Shown: piece by piece, positions 58,368 through 64,000 of the stretch
Layout: the number at the start of each line of letters is the position of its first letter
Position numbering within the stretch: position 1 is the stretch's first letter
From: an uncultured Pseudomonadota bacterium
GTDB lineage: Bacteria; Pseudomonadota; Alphaproteobacteria; Rs-D84
Assembly (NCBI GenBank): GCA_949292385.1
Contig: CASEZC010000010.1
Span: 7,432-71,431 of the forward strand
Direction: 5' to 3'
DNA: 64,000 nt
Position numbers and translations under genes: made by a program
The notes under the pieces: model-generated
Databases searched by the model: none
The model's input: only the letters and a program-made list of their open reading frames with translations
Told to the model about the DNA's origin: nothing

Positions 58368-59675
58368 ATGAATAACGAAACTATTTTTGCATTATCAAGT
58401 GGTCATGGAAAATCCGGCGTTGCCGTTATAAGAATAAGCGGTATAAACCTTGGACAAACATTTTCTAAATTCATAAATAAAAAAGATTTTTTTCCGCGCC
58501 GTGCTTACTTTACGAATTTAAAAGATTCTGAAAATTATTTAATAGACCAAGTTATTTGTATTTATTTCCAAGCCCCCCACTCTTTCACAGGTGAAGACAT
58601 AATAGAAATTCATAGTCACGGTGCACCGGCTGTCATAGAAAAAATATTTTCTTATTTAACAGAACTTGGGTTTCGTATGGCAACTCCTGGTGAATTTTCA
58701 AAACGCGCATTTTATAACAATAAAATGGACCTTGCCGATATTGACGGTCTTGCTGCTCTGCTGGACGCCCAAACAGATAAGCAAAGAAAAAGTGCACTTA
58801 AATCTATGATTGGTACAGACAGCAAAAACTATGAAAACTGGCGCAGTCAAATGATTGAAATTTCTGCCTATGCTGCCGCGATATTAGACTATTCAGAAGA
58901 TGAATTACCACAAAACATCGAAGAAAAAATAAAAGAAAAAACAAAAATTTTATACCAAGAAATAAATGATACAATTTCGCGCTATACGGCGGTACGCGCT
59001 ATCCGCAGCGGTTTTAATATAGCATTAATTGGAGAAGTAAACGTTGGAAAATCATCTTTATTTAATACGCTTGTTGGTTCTTCTCGTGCAATAGTGTCAG
59101 ACGTTCCTGGTACAACCCGCGACGTTGTATCAGCTCAACTAGATGTTGATGGTTATCTTGTAAATCTTTCAGACACGGCTGGAATTAGAGACGCGACAGA
59201 CACCGTTGAAAAAATAGGTATAGAAAAAACAAAGACAGAAATTGAAAACGCAAATTTAATTCTACATGTTTTTGATGCAACAAAGACATTACCAACAGAT
59301 ATAAAAAAACAAGATAATGAAATTGTAATATTTAATAAATCAGATTTAATAAATTCTGTTCAATCCAAAAGTGCTATATACATATCTACAAAGACAGGAC
59401 AAGGCATTAAAGACTTGATGAACGCAATCAAGCACGAAATACACAAATTAACTGATAACGCAGAATCAAGCATAGCAGTAAATGCCAGAACGAAAAAATT
59501 ACTTACAGATTCAGCCTCAGAATTAAACAACGCGTTAAATGCGCCCACAGGACACTATGATATATTTTCCGAACACGTACGACGTGCAGCAGACAATATA
59601 GGAAAAATATTGGGGACAATAACAGCTGCCGAAGTAATGGACGCAACATTTTCTCAATTATGTCTTGGTAAATAG
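58368..59675 (+). CDS. mnmE: tRNA modification GTPase MnmE (TrmE)
   Basis: G-domain (GEVNVGKSSLFN, DTAG), C-terminal CxGK (CLGK). Confidence 0.9.
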   Translation: MNNETIFALSSGHGKSGVAVIRISGINLGQTFSKFINKKDFFPRRAYFTNLKDSENYLIDQVICIYFQAPHSFTGEDIIEIHSHGAPAVIEKIFSYLTELGFRMATPGEFSKRAFYNNKMDLADIDGLAALLDAQTDKQRKSALKSMIGTDSKNYENWRSQMIEISAYAAAILDYSEDELPQNIEEKIKEKTKILYQEINDTISRYTAVRAIRSGFNIALIGEVNVGKSSLFNTLVGSSRAIVSDVPGTTRDVVSAQLDVDGYLVNLSDTAGIRDATDTVEKIGIEKTKTEIENANLILHVFDATKTLPTDIKKQDNEIVIFNKSDLINSVQSKSAIYISTKTGQGIKDLMNAIKHEIHKLTDNAESSIAVNARTKKLLTDSASELNNALNAPTGHYDIFSEHVRRAADNIGKILGTITAAEVMDATFSQLCLGK

Positions 59676-59691
59676 CCCCATAAAAATGGGG
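59676..59691. terminator. Rho-independent terminator after mnmE
   Basis: CCCCATaaaaATGGGGttattt. Confidence 0.8.
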
Positions 59692-59695
59692 TTAT

Positions 59696-60286
59696 TTATT
59701 CCGATTTAGTACACCGAAAATATTCATTTCCGTTTACTTTCAATATATATTCAGCATCTTTATAAATATCTCCAACGCCCTTATCTTTAATTACAAAGCC
59801 AACCATAGCATCACCTGATAAAAACGAGTAGTTTGCCTGTGAATAAAAATCTCTATCCGTACCTAAAACATATTGAGTATCATTTATATTCAAAATTACC
59901 CGGTCATCACAAACTGTCGCAGTTACTAAATAATTCTTACAATCTAAACTCATTTTAGAAATAATATTTTCACATTTCGCCTCTAAATCAGTTTTACACC
60001 GATACCATATTTCTTCATTCATAGATTTATCTAATATCATATATTCTCCAGAATTTTGATTATAAGTAAATTCCCAGTTTTCATTAATCCAATAATCATT
60101 ATATATAGATTTCAATGTATTTTTCTGACCATTTATAACCAATTCCGCCACAGAATCATTAATACTAAAAATGCTTACATCATGATTAAAACAAGATAAA
60201 CTAACAGAATCTGCTTCACCGCAACCCAACAAAGAAACAGATAAAATAAAAAGCGAAATATATTTTATTTTGAAAAATTTTTTCAT
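59696..60286 (-). CDS. Cys-rich lipoprotein of unknown function with an internal duplication
   Basis: Signal peptide plus lipobox (LLGC); two similar segments (VAELVINGQKNTLKSIYNDYW... and RVILNINDTQYVLGTDRDFY...); 8 Cys. Confidence 0.5.
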   Translation of the reverse strand: MKKFFKIKYISLFILSVSLLGCGEADSVSLSCFNHDVSIFSINDSVAELVINGQKNTLKSIYNDYWINENWEFTYNQNSGEYMILDKSMNEEIWYRCKTDLEAKCENIISKMSLDCKNYLVTATVCDDRVILNINDTQYVLGTDRDFYSQANYSFLSGDAMVGFVIKDKGVGDIYKDAEYILKVNGNEYFRCTKSE

Positions 60287-60428
60287 TTTATATCCTTTTC
60301 TTACATATATGAATTATACCATACAATTAGAAGATTTAAAAAATCTGCATCATTTATCTATTTATATTAAAAGAAATTTTATACAAGCTAAGCCAAAAAG
60401 CTTTGGCCTCTTCTTATAATAAAAAAAC

Positions 60429-60446
60429 ACCCGCCAAAAGGCGGGT
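60429..60446. terminator. Rho-independent terminator downstream of the acyl-CoA synthetase gene
   Basis: aaaaaaacACCCGCCaaaaGGCGGGTtaat. Confidence 0.8.
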
Positions 60447-60467
60447 TAATAAATTACTTTGCAATAA

Positions 60468-62048
60468 TTATTCTTTTCTTATTGGGTATTTACCATCAAT
60501 TAAGTTTTGACGAACTACGTGATGTTTTACCTTTTGTGTACTTGTCATCGGCAAATCTTCCGTAGTCATTGCAAAGTGCGTTACCCACTTATAAGACGCA
60601 ACTTTCTTATTAGCCTGTGCAACTGCAGCTGCTAATTTTTCAAGTGTCATATCTGGTTCAACGCTAAATACACCATATGTTACTGTTTTATCTTTTACTT
60701 TATGTTCAAATACAGCAACATTTTTTACACCAGGTATAGTTATAAACAAGCCTTCCAATTCATCTGGATATACGTTCTTACCAGAATCAAGAACAATTAC
60801 CTGCTTTTTACGTCCAGCAAAATGCAATTCACCATTCTTATCCATAGATACCATATCACCAGTATTAAAGAAGCCACGTTCATCAAACGAATCTTCGTTT
60901 GCACCAGGATTATTTAAGTAACCACCAAAAACTTGGTGACCGCGTAACCATAATACGCCAACGCCATCTTCGTTTTTATCACGAATTTCACATTCATTAT
61001 TTGTTGTAGGTCCACCAAAAGCAAATGGCAAACGCTTTTTCGTTGGTTTAGAAATACAGATAGGTCCGACAGTTTCTGTCATACCGTAACCCTGTATAAA
61101 GGTCAAACCAAGGCGTTCATAGAAAGTTTCAACTTCTGGTTTTGTTGCGGCCCCACCTGCAATCAATAATCTTGCACGACCACCGAAGACAGCCAATACA
61201 GGTTCTTGAACTTTGCGAACCAAAGCGCCCAATCCGATTTTCTTCAAGAAGTTACCATACTTTAAAACGATAGAAGCCAACCACCATTTATGTTGAGACT
61301 TTATATTATCTATAATTTTATTTCTGAAAACTTCCCATAAACGCGGAACGGCCGGTATAACATGAGGTCTATACTGTTTAAAGTCAGCCAAAATTTCTTT
61401 TGGATTAACAGTTGGCTGCAACAACACGCCTGCCCCATAATGCAGCGTCGCCAATAATTCTACTGCGAACCCAAAGATATGATACATTGGTAAAAAGCCA
61501 TACATTATGAAACCAGGCTGAATCCATTCATGCATATCTTCCAAAGAATTAGAACATTCAATCAAGTTAAAGTGTGTCAAAGGTACGACCTTTGGAGTAC
61601 CTGTTGAACCAGATGTGAAAGACATCGTTGCAACATCCAAAGATTCTGTCTGTGCAGGTTTTAAGTTTGGATTTATTTTACCGTCTTTTTTAGTTATATC
61701 ATAAAACTCGAATTTATCTGTTTTATAAAAGAAAGACTTTTCTGCGCAAACCAAATGACAATCTGTTGTAGAAGTCATATTGTCATATTCAAACGGTGTC
61801 AAATTAGTATCTAATAATAAAGCAGTTCCGCCAAGATACCATATAGCGAACAAAGTTATAGGAAATTCAGGAATATTATGTGCCAAGACACCGACAATAT
61901 CCCCTTTCTTTACGCCATGAGCATGCAACGAAGCCGCACGAGCTTTAACTAAATCAACAAATCCTGTAAACGTAACATTTTCACGAACCAAGAATAAATT
62001 ATCCGGCCATGTATTTGCAGCACGTTCCAGTAACTGATACATATTCAT
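60468..62048 (-). CDS. AMP-dependent synthetase / long-chain fatty-acid--CoA ligase
   Basis: AMP-binding motif MSFTSGSTGTPKVV, adenylate-forming enzyme fold. Confidence 0.8.
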   Translation of the reverse strand: MNMYQLLERAANTWPDNLFLVRENVTFTGFVDLVKARAASLHAHGVKKGDIVGVLAHNIPEFPITLFAIWYLGGTALLLDTNLTPFEYDNMTSTTDCHLVCAEKSFFYKTDKFEFYDITKKDGKINPNLKPAQTESLDVATMSFTSGSTGTPKVVPLTHFNLIECSNSLEDMHEWIQPGFIMYGFLPMYHIFGFAVELLATLHYGAGVLLQPTVNPKEILADFKQYRPHVIPAVPRLWEVFRNKIIDNIKSQHKWWLASIVLKYGNFLKKIGLGALVRKVQEPVLAVFGGRARLLIAGGAATKPEVETFYERLGLTFIQGYGMTETVGPICISKPTKKRLPFAFGGPTTNNECEIRDKNEDGVGVLWLRGHQVFGGYLNNPGANEDSFDERGFFNTGDMVSMDKNGELHFAGRKKQVIVLDSGKNVYPDELEGLFITIPGVKNVAVFEHKVKDKTVTYGVFSVEPDMTLEKLAAAVAQANKKVASYKWVTHFAMTTEDLPMTSTQKVKHHVVRQNLIDGKYPIRKE

Positions 62049-62117
62049 AATAAAAAACCCTTGTTTTTTTTATATTGGACAGGAATCATTATACTCAGAA
62101 GGAGACAGATTGCAAAT

Positions 62118-62888
62118 ATGAAAATACTAACTCTAAACATTAACTCCATTCGTGCACACGCAGAAAGTTTTATAGACATTTTACGTGCTGGCGAATATGA
62201 CACTATCATGGTTCAAGAGCTGAAAGTTGAAACAGCCAGTTTCCCGCACAATTTATTTGACGAATACGGTTATAATATAAAGGTATTCGGCCAAAAAAGC
62301 TGGAATGGTGTGGCAACATTTTCAAAAAATTCTATTGAAGATGTTACTACAGGCTTGCCAACCTACCCTGATGTTAACTCTCGTTTCTTAGAGTGCGTCG
62401 TTGACGGTCGCATAAGACTAATAAACGTATACATGCCAAACGGAGATAATATCGAATCGCCAAAATTCCCATATAAATTGGAATGGATGAAATCTTTCAC
62501 GCAATACATTTCACAATATTTAAATTCTGAAGAACCTGTAATAATCGGTGGGGATTTTAACGTCGCGATAGAAGACAGAGACGTATGGAAACCACAAAAT
62601 TATGTAGGCATCGCAATTGCTGCACCAGAAGCGCGCGAGATTATGAATCAGTGGTTAAACGCCGGTTGGAAAGACGTTTGGCGTGAAATGCACCCTGATG
62701 CAGTTGACTTTACTTGGTACGGATATCGCGGTGGTGATACTGTTGGTAAAAAGCAAGGACTGCGTCTGGATTATTTCTTAGCAAACCCTGCTGCAATGCA
62801 GCTGATAAAAGATTGTCAGATAGACATCAAACCAAGACTTGCAAACAAACCAACCGACCATTGCGGTTTGGTTTTAGACTTGAATTAA
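62118..62888 (+). CDS. xth: Exodeoxyribonuclease III (AP endonuclease). Start taken at MKILTLNINS.
   Basis: EEP nuclease motifs (LNINSIR, QELK, GDFNV, ...TDHCG). Confidence 0.85.
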   Translation: MKILTLNINSIRAHAESFIDILRAGEYDTIMVQELKVETASFPHNLFDEYGYNIKVFGQKSWNGVATFSKNSIEDVTTGLPTYPDVNSRFLECVVDGRIRLINVYMPNGDNIESPKFPYKLEWMKSFTQYISQYLNSEEPVIIGGDFNVAIEDRDVWKPQNYVGIAIAAPEAREIMNQWLNAGWKDVWREMHPDAVDFTWYGYRGGDTVGKKQGLRLDYFLANPAAMQLIKDCQIDIKPRLANKPTDHCGLVLDLN

Positions 62889-64000
62889 TCATCGCATCTT
62901 GCCAAGTCATCATAGGCTTTATATTTTCTGTCGTTGGTTTCTCTATATTCATAAGGTGCGCCACCGGCAGAAAATATATTTACTAAATTTTCAGTTTTTT
63001 CTACTGCTGCCGCAATCATTTTAGAAGTCGTTTCCGCATCATACTCTATTGGTCTTACATCAGCATTTCTTAATTGCAAAAACAACATAACTGGCGTACG
63101 TGATTTTTCGGTTGTATAAAGCGGAAATCCGCCATTTTGTAAGATATATGCCTCTAACGGTAATTGTGGCATATTACCTTCTAAAAGTTGCTTTTCACTT
63201 GGGGCAGCACCTGTTTTTATATCCATTACCCCGCCATCCCAGATTCTGTCTGCTCGCGCACGAACATTGCGACCAGCTATATTAATAACACCGCCTATTT
63301 CTGCCTTGGAATTTTTTATATCTGAAAGAACATTTGCTACAACAGGGGCAATTTCAACAAAACGCTTATGCCAGAAATGGAATATCACACTACCCTCGCC
63401 TAAAATCTTACGTGCACGAGAATCCATTTCTTGAACAAGTATGTCTGGCGATAAATCTTTCGCGTTTTCTATAACTTCGTGTACAAGATTTCCAAACTGT
63501 CTTGCATCAGGTAACGCCCAATAGTCATCCATAGGATATAAGCGTAGTATATGACGTACATAAAAAGCATAAGGATTATGAATTAATAACTCTAGTTCCG
63601 TAACGTATACATCAGACCAATCAGCCGGAGGATTTGGTGCAGAATAATCAAGTGGATTATATTTCACATTATCTAAATCACGAACCGCACGCAATACATC
63701 TTCTGCAACTTTTTTATCGCCATTCCAACCACGCGCTGAAACACGAGACAAAAATCTAGATTCTATTGTTTGAACCCCGCCAGAAATTAAACTACGTAGC
63801 CAATAAACTTCTTTACCGCAAGATAAATTCATAAAATCCAATGCCTGCAAAGAAACTTTTCTATCAGGCGACGGCAGCCCTATTTTCGTTGCTAAATCAC
63901 GTGGCAGCCAAGAATTTTCGTATCCACGTGCAGGAAACATTCCTTCATTTAACCCTGTTAGTATAACAACGTCTGCTGTCTGCATTCTTGATTCTATTGT
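62885..64000 (-). CDS. addB: Double-strand-break repair protein AddB, C-terminal PD-(D/E)xK nuclease part. The 5' end runs off the window.
   Basis: Frame stays open upstream of the tracked Met to the window end (..TIESRMQTADVV..). C-terminal nuclease region with Fe-S-like Cys (..RCDD at the C-terminus). Confidence 0.65.
   Translation of the reverse strand, partial: TIESRMQTADVVILTGLNEGMFPARGYENSWLPRDLATKIGLPSPDRKVSLQALDFMNLSCGKEVYWLRSLISGGVQTIESRFLSRVSARGWNGDKKVAEDVLRAVRDLDNVKYNPLDYSAPNPPADWSDVYVTELELLIHNPYAFYVRHILRLYPMDDYWALPDARQFGNLVHEVIENAKDLSPDILVQEMDSRARKILGEGSVIFHFWHKRFVEIAPVVANVLSDIKNSKAEIGGVINIAGRNVRARADRIWDGGVMDIKTGAAPSEKQLLEGNMPQLPLEAYILQNGGFPLYTTEKSRTPVMLFLQLRNADVRPIEYDAETTSKMIAAAVEKTENLVNIFSAGGAPYEYRETNDRKYKAYDDLARCDD

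Noticed and set aside
1-64000. Search for CRISPR arrays, tRNA/rRNA genes and IS elements
   Set aside because: No direct-repeat arrays, no GGTTCGAATCC-type tRNA T-arm signatures in spacers, and no transposase-like ORFs were seen. Intergenic spacers are mostly under 200 bp.

Overview
Compact, AT-rich bacterial chromosome segment, alphaproteobacterial in character (ros/mucR, SPOR protein, addB, an RHH_4-like small protein, hemolysin-III and tlyC-type gene neighbourhoods), probably from a reduced-genome or host-associated lineage. Most of the window is housekeeping: tatBC and a separate tatA, lolA, nrnA-like DHH phosphoesterase, recJ, ftsL-ftsI, sufS-sufT-sufE, trxA, dksA-like, thrS, gltX, trmB, rarA, fabD, ftsK, ctpA, secDF-yajC, mutL, greA, lptF/G, xerD, trxB, serS, typA, recA, secB, mltA, ruvC, yebC, ruvA, mnmE, xth and the C-terminal part of addB. 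No rRNA, tRNA, CRISPR array or transposase was seen. At least nine convincing rho-independent terminators (short GC hairpins flanked by A/T runs) stand out against the AT-rich background. Non-core content worth follow-up: (i) a tightly coupled four-gene operon of unknown function at 17746-19839 (membrane-anchored protein with a restriction-endonuclease-like C-terminal domain, an unknown 169-aa protein, a SUKH/SMI1-KNR4-like immunity-type protein and a small RHH DNA-binding protein), next to a divergent DeoC-like TIM-barrel gene. (ii) A co-oriented block mucR-like regulator -> membrane-anchored T4-lysozyme-like (GH24) muramidase with C-terminal TPR repeats -> in-frame ybeY-lnt fusion. (iii) A six-gene glycosyltransferase island between typA and recA with no flippase, polymerase or sugar-nucleotide genes. 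(iv) Two tandem outer-membrane beta-barrel paralogs separated by an 11-bp-stem hairpin. (v) Several orphan small proteins and GC hairpins.
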